Positions 21,259 to 32,525 are shown, counted from the stretch's first letter. The stretch: 64,000 nucleotides of DNA from Salisapilia sapeloensis CBS 127946 (GCA_023334545.1 JAADVB010000003.1:114317-178316); one strand, 5' to 3'. The notes: generated by a model not told the origin, from the sequence alone. Numbers and translations are program-made.

Positions 21259-22119
21259 CTATCTTTCCAGTACTTCTTCCAATATCCTATCATTTGGGCA
21301 GTCGACATATCGACCATCCGAAAGAGTAATCTTAGTAGCGCGCACGAAGAAAATTGTGCGTCTATGCACCCAACCTCGATCGCGGTTGATGGGAAACGTA
21401 CACAAGTGGATGCGTAGTTTGTCGCTACGTTTGCTCTGGATTACTTGACCGTCATAGCTATCCATTACTTCAAGTTGGCAGAACTCGTGCAGATGAGACA
21501 AGCAAGTGGCTACGATCAGGGAATGGATACATGAGGCGGAGTCGAAATTTTGTCAAGTGATGGAGGATGATTGAACATTATCTCCGTAGTCTTCGACTAG
21601 TGGAATAGTAATCTGGAAAGATGCAATTGTAGATGAAAGCCATGTATCAGGCAATAACTCAGAAACCGGGATACAACCGTGCGTCAGACTTGAGCCTATG
21701 ACGGTACTACTGTGACCCAAGTGCGGGAAACATCCATTTCCTTCAGTTATCAGATAAGAATACATTAAAACTTGAGCATCAAGCTAGAGATCAGCTATCT
21801 GTATATGATTTGAATCCGCTTCAAGCATCATCAGATACTTTTCTGCCTGTATGGGACACAAACGAGTCTTCCATTTTGTCGATTGCATGCTCCGCATAGA
21901 AAAGTAGATGCTCTCAAAACGAACGTGCAAAGTGTCGAACGGTCAACTCTGGTCCGATCGATAAGCGTTGGTGTGCGCGTGCATATTAATTGCGCGACAA
22001 GCCAATGCTGGGTAAAATGGATGGTGCAAATTGAAAGAGTTGTGTACCGGATTCGTCGGGACGACATTTACATGCTTTGATAACTCAAATATAATGGTTC
22101 GAAGATATTTCGTTGGTGG
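21259..22119 (-). pseudogene. Decayed reading frame, possibly a non-LTR reverse-transcriptase remnant
   Basis: One minus-strand frame runs 287 codons with only 3 internal stops (21943, 21784, 21553); weak RT-like motifs HGCIPVSELL...EDYGDNV. Family assignment is speculative. Confidence 0.35.
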
Positions 22120-22748
22120 TTAGTTAGATAGAGCTACTCAAGGTATCAAATAACTGACCGGCACCATCTTTCAAGCGAATAGAAACTTAGAAGCAACGTT
22201 TAAGATGTGCCGAATTCGCTGTTCAGATCTGCACTGGTCATGCCTGTGCTTTCTCTTGCATACGTTGCATATAACCTGACAAATGTCGCTTCTGCCTTCC
22301 AAACGCGTTGCATCGATTTTGCTGATCATCTTCTGATGATACTTTCTATTCTTCCTCACCATCTTCTCTGCTGTTTATATCAAACCTCAGATACTCGGAG
22401 CTGTTCATGCGTTCTACTATCTTTACTGAACTATGGGTACTTACCAAGTAGATCTATCGGACTACTAGAATGGACACAAGAGACTCTTCCTTTCGTCTGA
22501 CAATGCACTGCCATCAGCGGGAATGCTACTTTTGACGTGATCAAAATGCAGCTGCTCTGACGCCTACGCCATTACTAAGTTAATCATCAGTCCTGACAGA
22601 TGAGTACTGTACGTTCCTGCCTATCTGTCCTTTCGCTTAGAGCAGACCAGTCTAAACCAGGCATTGTCAAGTCCAAGATCACGTTCCATTTCCAAATTTG
22701 CGTCAAGCATAGGAACACAATCACTGCATTTGATCCACAAAGTCAAAG

Positions 22749-22764
22749 TCACTTTGCCATTTCC
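22749..22764 (+). promoter_or_regulatory. Inr+FPR core promoter
   Basis: TCACTTTGCCATTTCC 24 nt upstream of ATG 22788. Confidence 0.6.
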
Positions 22765-22787
22765 GGTCATCTAGCCAATCTTCAAGC

Positions 22788-25037
22788 ATGTACTCAAAAC
22801 GATCTACTCCTTCGGGCTACGGCGAATCCCGACCTTGGCGCATTGGATCCATGGACTTACCCATTTGGCGAACAAAATCGACCAACGATATTGAGGATTC
22901 CACTCACTCGGAGGACAGTCAATCTCTCCGCATGAAATCGGTCGACTTTCTACTTGGCCGCAAAGGCTCCGGTAACGTCGACTTTATGGGTGATAACCAC
23001 CGCAAGCCAATGCCACCATCGATGTTCGCTACCTTTGACGAGAAGAAGATGCTCCACGACGACGTTCTTGCAACTCTGATCAAGTTACGACATGCCGCCA
23101 GTTCTGGTGCCCAATCCGATCGGTGGGAAACTCTCGAAGAAGACAACAGGCTAAGCATCTTTCGAATGCGGTCGGACTGGAACCTAGATGCGGACATCAG
23201 TGACGCACTGGCTGGACACATGATCTTTGATGCTCACTTGAACGAAGTGCTCAGTGTTTTCATAACTCACGACGGTGCCGAACTAAGCTCGACTATGAAA
23301 GCACTTTATGGTAACCGATTCAAGCGTGGTGACGTTTTGCTCCCACAATGCGATGCGTCTTCTTTTGTGAAGGACGATTCCTTCGACAATGATGCTCCAA
23401 GTAAGAAAGCCAAAGGCTATGATGTTGCGATGGATGGGCAGCTTGGTGTCCAGTTGGAAGTTATGCGTCCGAAGGGTATGACGGACTTGCACAAGCATAA
23501 AAACACGCAAAACCTCGTCTTCCAGACGTATACGAGAAAGTCAACGAACGGAAATCGAGCGTATCATCTCAAGAAGACGTTACCGAAACAACTACAGAAC
23601 AAGTTGGTCGACCCAAAGCACAGGTCGGCCCTACGAGATGGTATTGACCACATTGGTCTGGGTTACCACATGAAGAAGGTTGATGAAGGTGAAATCGTTG
23701 GATTGGGTAAGAAGACTCGAGTCTTTGTTCATGCCTACGTTTCTCCTACGTCCCCAGACAAGTTCTTGAGGTCAGGCTATAATCTTCGGAATGGTTCGAA
23801 TCCTGAAGCTTACTTCGTGATGTACAAAATGGTCAAATCACTCAACAACATTGATCGTATCATTCGTCGTCGTCGGCTGGGTTACCAAACCTATGTGTCT
23901 CAGTATCCTGGACGCAAAAGCCGCTTGATCCGTGGTGCGGACTGCAACCGCTGCTACAAGTCCTTCAACATCTTCAACAAGGACTACTTCTGCCAGCTCT
24001 GTGGAAAAGTCGTGTGCTCCGACTGCTCTGGTCAGTATGAAGTAGAGCCTTCCTTTGGTGTTGTGACTAAACGTCGCCTGTGTACGTTGTGCGTCGTTCG
24101 AGTGGACGCGTGCTACTTTGATGACGATCTCGTTTACTTGGGCCTGGGCCCGGATATCGTCCCTAGTAAGGACGACGACTGGGATACGGTTTCCAACTAC
24201 TCTACCGACACCGAAGAAACTGTGTGCAGTGATCGAAGTCTTTCCGGCAATTTTAGTGAAGTTTGGTCTCCACTTCGTCGATCTGAAGAAGAGCTTCCAG
24301 CCTTCTCATTGGATCTGTTGGACTCGCTCGTCGCTCCAATGTCTAATGACAAAGCTATGGAGAGCCCCAAGGAAAACACTGAGAGGGTTCGTGCAAACAT
24401 TGAGCAGTACCTCGACAACAGTTTGCACCACGCCCGCAAATATTTGTCGATCAAGGATTGTGAAGTCGCGTCCAAAGAGCGAGATTATACGCTCGAGTAC
24501 GAAGACGGAAAGACCTTTTTCAAGGACCACCCCGTGGCGCCTAAGATGGATGAGAAAAAGGATGCTCTGAGGATTAAGCACCTTGAAAGCTGCGGATTCT
24601 TCAAAGAAAAGCATGATCGACAGGCTCTGGATATGATTGCGGAGTTGGCAGCCAAGCGCATGGACTGTGGATACGCCAGTGTGTCGATTCTTGACCGGAC
24701 AACCTTTTACTCTGTTGGTACCTATCGCTACCCGGAGAGTGGATTGATCTTGCCCCGAGACGATTCAATCTGTTCGCATTCCTTGTATGCCGAGAAGCCA
24801 TTTATCATTCCGGATTTGGGCCGAGATGTGCGCTTCAGTCACACTCTGCTGGTACAGAAGCTCAATTACAGATTCTACGCAAGTTTCCCAGTATATGCAC
24901 CGGATGGGTCTGTTGCGGCCGGTATCTGTGTGGTGAATGAAGCTGCAAAGGGTCCGATGACAACGAAGCAATATGCTACGATGAGAGCGGTGTGCAACTT
25001 GGCATCCCAGTTCTTGTTTTCGCAAGCGAAAGCATAA
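22788..25037 (+). CDS. START-like / FYVE-like / GAF domain protein (oomycete-type architecture)
   Basis: 749 aa; START-like N-half; zinc finger CNRCYKSF...CQLCGKVVCSDCS...RRLCTLC; C-terminal GAF (LRIKHL, CSHSL, FIIPDLGRDVRF, FYASFPV...GICVV). Confidence 0.85.
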   Translation: MYSKRSTPSGYGESRPWRIGSMDLPIWRTKSTNDIEDSTHSEDSQSLRMKSVDFLLGRKGSGNVDFMGDNHRKPMPPSMFATFDEKKMLHDDVLATLIKLRHAASSGAQSDRWETLEEDNRLSIFRMRSDWNLDADISDALAGHMIFDAHLNEVLSVFITHDGAELSSTMKALYGNRFKRGDVLLPQCDASSFVKDDSFDNDAPSKKAKGYDVAMDGQLGVQLEVMRPKGMTDLHKHKNTQNLVFQTYTRKSTNGNRAYHLKKTLPKQLQNKLVDPKHRSALRDGIDHIGLGYHMKKVDEGEIVGLGKKTRVFVHAYVSPTSPDKFLRSGYNLRNGSNPEAYFVMYKMVKSLNNIDRIIRRRRLGYQTYVSQYPGRKSRLIRGADCNRCYKSFNIFNKDYFCQLCGKVVCSDCSGQYEVEPSFGVVTKRRLCTLCVVRVDACYFDDDLVYLGLGPDIVPSKDDDWDTVSNYSTDTEETVCSDRSLSGNFSEVWSPLRRSEEELPAFSLDLLDSLVAPMSNDKAMESPKENTERVRANIEQYLDNSLHHARKYLSIKDCEVASKERDYTLEYEDGKTFFKDHPVAPKMDEKKDALRIKHLESCGFFKEKHDRQALDMIAELAAKRMDCGYASVSILDRTTFYSVGTYRYPESGLILPRDDSICSHSLYAEKPFIIPDLGRDVRFSHTLLVQKLNYRFYASFPVYAPDGSVAAGICVVNEAAKGPMTTKQYATMRAVCNLASQFLFSQAKA

Positions 25038-25390
25038 ATTTGACGATGTGAGCATCAATAAACATTGCATGTTAAGGCGTGCTAGAGATATATCTCGTGA
25101 AGGAAACAGATACTATAACTAGTACTTTGAGTAATACAAGATGTTCATTTTCATTAGTCGGTCTTACTCATCCTTATATCCACATGATCTTCGCATGCTA
25201 ACGCACTACGTGCTAGCACATCTATTCTTAGAGTCACCGTCAACTCTTATTTTATCTTAGTCATCTTCGTCTTTGGTAATATTGGAGTGTCCTAGAGGCT
25301 TATGCAGTGTTCCTTAGTCCTGAAATTACCAACCGAATCTTATGCTCTACTAAGACCATAGGCTGCTAACTGAAAGATGACAATCGGTGT

Positions 25391-25406
25391 GTTCATTCTG
25401 CAATCT
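25391..25406 (+). promoter_or_regulatory. Inr+FPR core promoter
   Basis: GTTCATTCTGCAATCT about 55 nt upstream of ATG 25462. Confidence 0.55.
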
Positions 25407-25461
25407 ACTTTGGATCTTTCAACACAACTTACGGGAATTTATAGTTCGGCTACCAGAAACC

Positions 25462-26955
25462 ATGGTCAAATTGTACAACTTTGCTTGTCTTGTCGCTTTG
25501 TGCCTTGCTGCGAACGCCGATGCTGCTACCAATCCCATTGTGATTAAAGGCTACAAGATGTACGACTCAGCTTCTGGTGAATACTTCCCTGTAAAGGGTA
25601 TCGACTACTATCCTCGGCCGAATGCGGGCGAGCTAGACGTCAACAACTACGACTTCTTTACAGACGAACATGAAGACATCTGGAAACCTGACATCGAACA
25701 CCTTGCAGCATCCGGAGCGAATGCCGTTCGACTGTACGCTGTCAATCCCACGTTGAGCCATGATAAGTTCATGTGTGCGCTAGCTGCAAAAGGGATGTAC
25801 GCGCTAGTCGATCTTGGTGCCAACTGTGAAAATTGTGCCATCCTTGGCTCAACTTATCCAGAATGCTACCCGGCAGGGCTCAAAACGCGAGGTGAGATGA
25901 TCATCTCTGCATTCGCCAAGTACGACAACGTGCTCGCATTCAGCGCTGGTAACGAAATTAATCACGCATCTCAAGCGCTTGGAAACCCTCAGGAATCAAA
26001 TGCTCCGTGCCAAAAGAAGTTTATTCGAGACATGCGAGCGTTCATCGGCTCTTGCAATACTCTCCGCAATATTCCTGTTGGCGTCGTACTCGCAGACGAA
26101 GACCGAGTGGATAATGCACAGTATTACAATTGTCGGACGAACCCAGATGACGTGTTCGAGAACGCTGAGTGGTATGGTCTTAACGTCTACCTTCATTGCG
26201 ATGGTAAAGTCAACAAAGTTGAAGACGCCCTTGGTTACAAAGCACTTTTAAAAGACTTTACTGATCTAAATTACTCTGCACCAGTCCTGTTGACCGAGTA
26301 TGGTTGTCTCGACCAGAGCTTCCCGACAGAAAATGAATACGAGGGACAGCGGACGTGGGAACAAGCAGAATGGGTATATACGAGTGATTACCGCAACTAT
26401 TTTTCAGGAGCATTTGCGTTCGAGTACTCGACAGAAAACGCGAATGCCAAGGACTCGACGCCATATCCGTTTGACGAACAAGGTGCCCAGAACTACGGTC
26501 TGGGATACTATTCGCCCGAGAATTGCGATCACGGCACACACCCGTGCGAATATAACCCAATGCCGAATTACTACAACCTCCAAGAGAAGTACTCGGCAGT
26601 TGATACCTCTGCAGAAGTTGCTATGAGTAAATTCACGCCCGACAACACACGAACGTCCACATCCGAGTGTCCAGCGACCTACGGCTCATTGGCCGATGTC
26701 GCTTGGCCATCAGACGGTGTTACCTCTCTCTCTTGTCCATCAGAACCAACTCGCTGTAGCTGTGCTGCATCAAGTGGAGTATGTAGCATCGTGAAGAGTA
26801 CCCCCGCTCCGGATGTCAAAGGCGCGTCTGATAACACGGCAAACACGTCTACGGATGAAGGGTCTCAGTCCAATGCCGCGAGCAGCAGTTATACCCCGAT
26901 GAGCCTCATGCTATTGACGTTGGCCATGGCAACTGCCGTACTTCAGTCGGTATAA
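25462..26955 (+). CDS. GH72 beta-1,3-glucanosyltransferase (Gas/Gel-like), secreted, probably GPI-anchored
   Basis: Signal peptide MVKLYNFACLVALCLAANADA; KGIDYYP, NAVRLY, FSAGNEIN and LLTEYGC catalytic Glu motifs; Cys-rich domain, S/T tail, hydrophobic C-terminus. Confidence 0.92.
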   Translation: MVKLYNFACLVALCLAANADAATNPIVIKGYKMYDSASGEYFPVKGIDYYPRPNAGELDVNNYDFFTDEHEDIWKPDIEHLAASGANAVRLYAVNPTLSHDKFMCALAAKGMYALVDLGANCENCAILGSTYPECYPAGLKTRGEMIISAFAKYDNVLAFSAGNEINHASQALGNPQESNAPCQKKFIRDMRAFIGSCNTLRNIPVGVVLADEDRVDNAQYYNCRTNPDDVFENAEWYGLNVYLHCDGKVNKVEDALGYKALLKDFTDLNYSAPVLLTEYGCLDQSFPTENEYEGQRTWEQAEWVYTSDYRNYFSGAFAFEYSTENANAKDSTPYPFDEQGAQNYGLGYYSPENCDHGTHPCEYNPMPNYYNLQEKYSAVDTSAEVAMSKFTPDNTRTSTSECPATYGSLADVAWPSDGVTSLSCPSEPTRCSCAASSGVCSIVKSTPAPDVKGASDNTANTSTDEGSQSNAASSSYTPMSLMLLTLAMATAVLQSV

Positions 26956-27080
26956 AAGCCTCTCCTATCCTCGCCACTCTCAAGTCGATACTTGTCTAGT
27001 TGTAGCGTCATAAGCAAAGTCGATGGAAATACATGAAATGAAATTAAAAAGAGAGTTTATTTGGATTGCCATCGACCAAG

Positions 27081-30000
27081 TTACTGAACCAAGAGCTGGG
27101 AGAGTTGTTTCCAATCATCATAGTCAAGCGTCACTGGCACAGGTGAAGCATCTACATCTTCCCGTCCTAACGTCATCTTTCCTTCCAGTACTTGTTCATG
27201 CGTCGATCTCTTCACTTTCGATGCAAATATCTCTTCTCCTTGTCGAATAGCATGAACTGCATTCACTTCCCATCCTCTATCAGCCGCCGTCTGACCAAGA
27301 CGCTGTCGTAACGTCTCGAGTCGATGCTCATACTTTGCATTCAACAGCAGCTTCTTATGAACCTGTTCTCGCGGAGATGTAGATGCATCCGTCAAGTCGA
27401 TTAATCGTGGCATAGCTACTTCTGCGTTCACTTCACGAGCAAATGTCCTTACATCCCGAGCAATTTCGTGCATACTCCCATCTTCCTGATGTACCTTTCG
27501 GCCATTAAATACACCTTTCATTCGTTCGGATACCAGTTGCGATCGTACTTGATACAATTCCGACTGAAGGTGTCGTAAAGCCTTTTGATAAGCTTCTGCA
27601 TCCTGCGACTTTAGCACTGGTTTACTACGACTCGACGTCATGTGACTAGCAGTCGAAGTATCTGCTGATCGTTGCAATTGTTTCCGAAGTTCACGATTCA
27701 AGGATTCTGCATGCACCTTTTCCTTTTGCAAGTCTTCCAACGCTATATTCCATTGCGCTTGTTCTTTCGCAAATTGAGACTGTACGATCGTTTTCTCCTC
27801 TCGAATTTTATTCAAATCTTCCGATAGAGCTAAGACTTCACTCTCGAGCTTTTGGGTTACGACTCGACTCTGACTTTCAGATCGTTCCGACTCGCGAAGA
27901 CGTTGACGGAGTGTACGGACGACGTCTTCAGTCTCCTTTAGTGTCGTCTCCATCGAAGCTGCAAGAGACAAGTGGTCATGCAGCTCTTGTGCGCGACGTT
28001 CCCAGTGCTGACGATGATTCATATCTTCACTGCCTCCGGGTGGAGCTACAGCGTCGGTGAAAGCCCCACGGGATGCTGCTTTATACAGACCAGCCACATC
28101 TGTGTTAAGAGCACGCAAGGCACTGGCACAGGTGTCTTCCAGGTACGCGAAGAGCTGTGTCAAGTCCGTGTCTTGATCTGTTGGGAGAGCTTGTTGCATG
28201 TCGTTAAACAGCGCTCGTGCAGAAGCAGAAGAGGCTTCCATGGTTGATAAGACACTTCCGCCAGTTGGTTCCACTTGTGTCCGGTCTTCTTCACTAGGCG
28301 CCAAGTCGACCTCCAGACGATGATGGAGTCGAGAGCTGATGGACACAAGGGAAGCACAGTCTGCTAGCTGTGTGTCGATCGTCATCTGGTCGGATGGAGT
28401 GTCGTTATCTGTATCAGAAGCGTGGAAAAGCGTTTTACAACTTTGGGCGGCAGATGAGATGAGGGAGCAATGGAAGGATAGACTTTGTGCATGCCTTCGC
28501 ATGTCTAGTTTCACTATGGCAGGTACATGCATCTGGTCTAGATCACTCCGATCCTTTAGTCTCATTTGGAACTCTTCAATCGCAGTTGCCAGTCGCCCAC
28601 CAATAGACAGATCGACATTTTGAGCAGCAAACATCGTTCCGTCTCCACATGACCCTACTGCATGATCTATACGTACTTCTAGCTGTTCTGTTTGAGAGGT
28701 ATCGAGTCTACTAGATGTAGCATCTACTTCGTCTTGTTCCAGAAACCCACTTTCTATCAGACACAACTCCTTTCGGACATCACACGCGACGGAAGACAGA
28801 TTATCTGCTAGTGAAAGATGCTGCACGACCTTTCGATGATCCAATGCACCTCGTCCATCTTCTTCCTTCTTCTCTACTTCCTTCTGCAAGTGAACTATGA
28901 GGATATCTGCTTTACCTACGATCCGATGGAGACGTAGGCGCACACGAAGTGCTCTTTGGTCTGCATCTGTAAGGATGCTCCTCGGAACGATTGATCGCAA
29001 GAAGGATGCTTCGAGCCGAGCCTGTTCCATCTCGACCTTGTTCTTCGCAGCCTCCATCTCCAGCACCTTGGATTGAGCAGCTAAGGCACGTAGTCCCATG
29101 GTTTCATTCAACGCGACGTGCGTCGTGTCTTTTAACGACTCCATTTCGCCACTTTCGACATGCAGTTGCGTCTGTAGGGAATGGATGTCTTCTCTCTGCT
29201 TTTGCGTAAGATCTCGAAAACGAGCGATCGTCCGATCTCGATCATTGATATTGATCCTGAGATCCGATATCTGTTGCTTTAGAGACTGTATGGTGAGACG
29301 CTGACTATCGACTTCTGCCTGGAGTTCCTTCTCGTATTCGGCATGATGATGCTCCATCTCTTCTCCCATTTCTTTTAAACTTTCCAACGATGCGATCGTG
29401 ACGGATTGATCTGCTACTTTATCCCCTAGTGTCAAGTTCTTCTCTGTCAAGTCTTCTACCATACTTTCATAAGCATTCGCGAGATCAAGTAGTTCCTTTA
29501 GATCTTCTACTTCAGCCTCTAACTTTGCCTGCTGACTAGCGTACTGGTCGACTTGACCACGCAGCGTCTCGAGTTCCGATTCTTCACGCTGTAGCTGACG
29601 TACCTTTTTCGTTAATTCGGACTTTTCCTCGATCGTACGCTCGTGGAGCGTCCTAACAGCCTGACGAAGCTTTTTATTCTCCTCTTGGAGCTCTGAAATA
29701 TCGTCCGACACACCTTCTGAACGCTCTGCTGCCTGCGTAGCCATGGATAAGGAAGCTTTTAATGCTTCAATCTCATTCTGGCATTCTTCCACCCGTTCAT
29801 CTGCAATCTCTTTATCCATACCCAGCGTCTCTTTCTCTAGATTCAATAGCTCCATTGCTTCTTCCAGGTCTTTTATCTTGGCTTCTAATGTTTCTACTTT
29901 ACGAGCACTAGTCGATACTTTTGCAATTGCTGTCGCCATCTCTTCTCCTCTCTTTTGCTCCGACTCAGTGAATTGTACCAGTCGAGCATTCTTTTGTGAT

Positions 30001-30680
30001 AACTCTGTTCGTAGATTCTCTACTTGCGTGAGATGAGTAGTATTCGTCGACTCTAATTGAGCCACTTGATCTGCATGCTCTCGTTCTAATTGCGCAATTC
30101 GATCTTCACACTCTTGAGCCAGCTCGTCCATCTGACGCTGGCAGTCTACTTGTAGCTCTTGCAACTGTCCTTCCAGCGCATCCGTTGCCGATGTGTCCTG
30201 TTGGAGTGCCTGGATCTCGTCATTTTTCTTCTCTAGTTCTTGTTCTAGGCTAGATATACGTGCTAAGAGCTCCTTCTCTTGGTTTTTATCAACTGCTTTC
30301 GTCGGGCTCGTGCTAGGTGCACGTGGAATGGAACTAGTTCGACTCGACTCGATGGCAGGTTTCGATCCAGGTAGAATGGATGAACTCCTGCGTGTAGTTG
30401 CAGATGCTTGAGGGCTCTGTTTAAAAGGGAGAGAAGATCGACGGTCGGTGATATCGTCTACTACTTTCAATTGTGCTCGTCGCACGAATAGACCGTGGTT
30501 CCTCGCACATGTAAAATACGTTCTACCTTGCACGTCTCCACTGTTTTTTCCTTCTGGTTTATCCAATTCAACGCCAAACCATTCACCCTCTGCAAATTCA
30601 GTCTGTCCGATGAACTTGACGACGCCGCGGCGCGTCCCAGAGCCGATAATGACGGAGCTCCCGACCTGGATCTCGGTCAT
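27081..30680 (-). CDS. DCTN1: Dynactin subunit 1 (p150Glued)
   Basis: N-terminal CAP-Gly (GVVKFIGQTEFAEGEWFGVELDKPEGKNSGDVQGRTYF); coiled coils with LANAYESMVEDLTEKNL and RTIARFRDL motifs. Confidence 0.92.
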   Translation of the reverse strand: MTEIQVGSSVIIGSGTRRGVVKFIGQTEFAEGEWFGVELDKPEGKNSGDVQGRTYFTCARNHGLFVRRAQLKVVDDITDRRSSLPFKQSPQASATTRRSSSILPGSKPAIESSRTSSIPRAPSTSPTKAVDKNQEKELLARISSLEQELEKKNDEIQALQQDTSATDALEGQLQELQVDCQRQMDELAQECEDRIAQLEREHADQVAQLESTNTTHLTQVENLRTELSQKNARLVQFTESEQKRGEEMATAIAKVSTSARKVETLEAKIKDLEEAMELLNLEKETLGMDKEIADERVEECQNEIEALKASLSMATQAAERSEGVSDDISELQEENKKLRQAVRTLHERTIEEKSELTKKVRQLQREESELETLRGQVDQYASQQAKLEAEVEDLKELLDLANAYESMVEDLTEKNLTLGDKVADQSVTIASLESLKEMGEEMEHHHAEYEKELQAEVDSQRLTIQSLKQQISDLRININDRDRTIARFRDLTQKQREDIHSLQTQLHVESGEMESLKDTTHVALNETMGLRALAAQSKVLEMEAAKNKVEMEQARLEASFLRSIVPRSILTDADQRALRVRLRLHRIVGKADILIVHLQKEVEKKEEDGRGALDHRKVVQHLSLADNLSSVACDVRKELCLIESGFLEQDEVDATSSRLDTSQTEQLEVRIDHAVGSCGDGTMFAAQNVDLSIGGRLATAIEEFQMRLKDRSDLDQMHVPAIVKLDMRRHAQSLSFHCSLISSAAQSCKTLFHASDTDNDTPSDQMTIDTQLADCASLVSISSRLHHRLEVDLAPSEEDRTQVEPTGGSVLSTMEASSASARALFNDMQQALPTDQDTDLTQLFAYLEDTCASALRALNTDVAGLYKAASRGAFTDAVAPPGGSEDMNHRQHWERRAQELHDHLSLAASMETTLKETEDVVRTLRQRLRESERSESQSRVVTQKLESEVLALSEDLNKIREEKTIVQSQFAKEQAQWNIALEDLQKEKVHAESLNRELRKQLQRSADTSTASHMTSSRSKPVLKSQDAEAYQKALRHLQSELYQVRSQLVSERMKGVFNGRKVHQEDGSMHEIARDVRTFAREVNAEVAMPRLIDLTDASTSPREQVHKKLLLNAKYEHRLETLRQRLGQTAADRGWEVNAVHAIRQGEEIFASKVKRSTHEQVLEGKMTLGREDVDASPVPVTLDYDDWKQLSQLLVQ

Positions 30681-30973
30681 TTTGTCATGTAAAAGGTCGA
30701 GGTGTCATCGTACCTCGAATGTACCATGTAGGGCTCGTAGAATTAATCTTGCGTTTTGTATGGTATAGACTGGACATAATACCTCCCGAGTTAGAAAGCG
30801 AGGAAGGCTCGTCGAAGAGGTATGGACGCTTCTTATCTCTCATTTGCGACGAGTATATACATTCAGGAGCTTATATTTACTTTTAAATCGACTATCAAGA
30901 CTCTAGTGCACACGTTTGGACTTGTACGAACGACTGAAAGCCGAGGAAAAGAAGTTTGAAATCACTTGACGAG

Positions 30974-31974
30974 ATGGGTGAAAACGATAAGAGCGCAGAT
31001 GTGAACGCTATGCTTGGCACGACGACCCAAATCGGGGGTTCTGTACTGAATGCTGGACCGACGGGCAACGGTCTCGTCGAAAAGTATGTCTGTCGTGCTG
31101 TATTAAATGTACGCTCGTACTGATATGAATAACGTAGCGCCGAATATGGGAAATTGCCTCCTTTGAACCCAGATGACCTCAAGTCGCCAGGACCTCCGCC
31201 GTCGGCTGCGGATAAGGTGACGAACAAGTCGGAGGCGATTTCCATTCGCGAAGTCTGGGAAGAACTCAAAGCAAAAACGCATGAAATGTATGGGTTTAAG
31301 TATATACTAGTTGTGTGCGTTACTGACTTGTATGGAATAGGATCATGGGCTCATCCGTGTCGGGAGTCTTATCCGCTATGCGAGTGATCAATCTCGTCAT
31401 GGCCGGGTGCATGGTGGCGCTCACCGTGACCACAATCGTAACGACGGACTCTGCGTTTTCCGTCATGGCAGACGCCCTTGCGATCCTATACACCATGTAT
31501 CTATATAAATTTTCATATATCTGATCCAGTCGCTGACCTTATGATCTGCAGCTTTTTCGCGCTCTTACTCATCGGATATGAGCTCCGGACTTCGATGGTC
31601 GATGCCTGGTTGCGAGAAAACTATGGGTTCATGTACAACCCGTGGGGCCGTTGCCTCTTCCTCTGCATGTACGTCGCCTAGTGCACCGATATGGTGGCCT
31701 GATCTTACTGTTTGACTAGGATTTCTATCTTTCCGATCGGTATGATGGGCCCGTATGGCGTCATCGTGTCGTTTATGGGCTTTGCCAACGGCTACTTTAA
31801 CTTTTTCGTCATCACCAAGGTGCTTTTTTCCTCTTCAAGGAATTTCGTACGAGTATAAAACTAAATTTTCTCTAGCATCCGTCTTTTACGCGTGGTGTGC
31901 CGGACTATGCGCCACCATCGCCGACGCCACGAAGCCAGCATACGGACTCTCAGCCGGAAGATACGACGGTCTAA
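30974..31974 (+). CDS. COPI-associated / TVP15-like Golgi membrane protein, about 6 exons
   Basis: Spliced by hand: MGENDKS...MRVINLVMAGCMVALTV...FFALLLIGYEL...LRENYGFMYNPWGRCLFLCM...HPSF...*; canonical short introns. Confidence 0.75.
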
Positions 31975-32484
31975 GATGCATGCACCGTTTCCTTTTATAA
32001 CTTGAACGGAAACCTTTGGCTTTTTTCGTTTGCTTTTTTCAATAGTAATCTCGTTCCAGTGGTGTTTCAGAGAGCAATTTTTCAGCATTGGAGCATGCTT
32101 CTTTCCACTCGCGTGTCTTTGTCGTGTCACGGCTGCCACAGCAAGACGGCTGCTATCTTTAGTTGGAATACAATTGCTAGTACGGTAACGACAGAGTGCC
32201 AGGTTGGAGTATCTCCAAATTTCCCATGATCGCATTTGGCAACTTCTCGCATCTTTTTTCCGCTTTTTTTGAAAAAATTGAGCAAGGCGCGACCATCTTC
32301 CACTTGGTAGAAAAAGCGTCCATGTTGGACTGCTAGTCATGAAAAAAGTGGTCGCAGATACAAACGGTCAGATCTCGTCATGTGTTCCCACAATTTCGAG
32401 TCGAGTTTGCCGTCCATCTTGCTAGCTTATCACAATTTACGACAAGTGGCGACAGCTTCTTCGTGGGTTCAAGTAAGATATCAA

Positions 32485-32525
32485 TTTCAGCCAATCCAGA
32501 AGACAAAATCCAGTTTCAGCCAATC
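32485..32525 (+). promoter_or_regulatory. Paired CCAAT boxes
   Basis: Two identical TTTCAGCCAATC copies (32485 and 32514; 29-bp spacing) upstream of ORF 32630. Confidence 0.65.

Noticed and set aside
21830-22030. Possible Crinkler (CRN) N-terminus remnant (ILFCLYG...KVDALK...ILIAR)
   Set aside because: Needs several frameshifts and has no LFLAK or HVLV motif; indistinguishable from chance.
31975-32480. ORF 31861-32340 or a structured ncRNA in the 650-nt gap
   Set aside because: The basic ORF is an artefact of T-tracts on the other strand; no match by eye to U1/U2/U4/U5/U6, U3, SRP, RNase P/MRP or a telomerase template.
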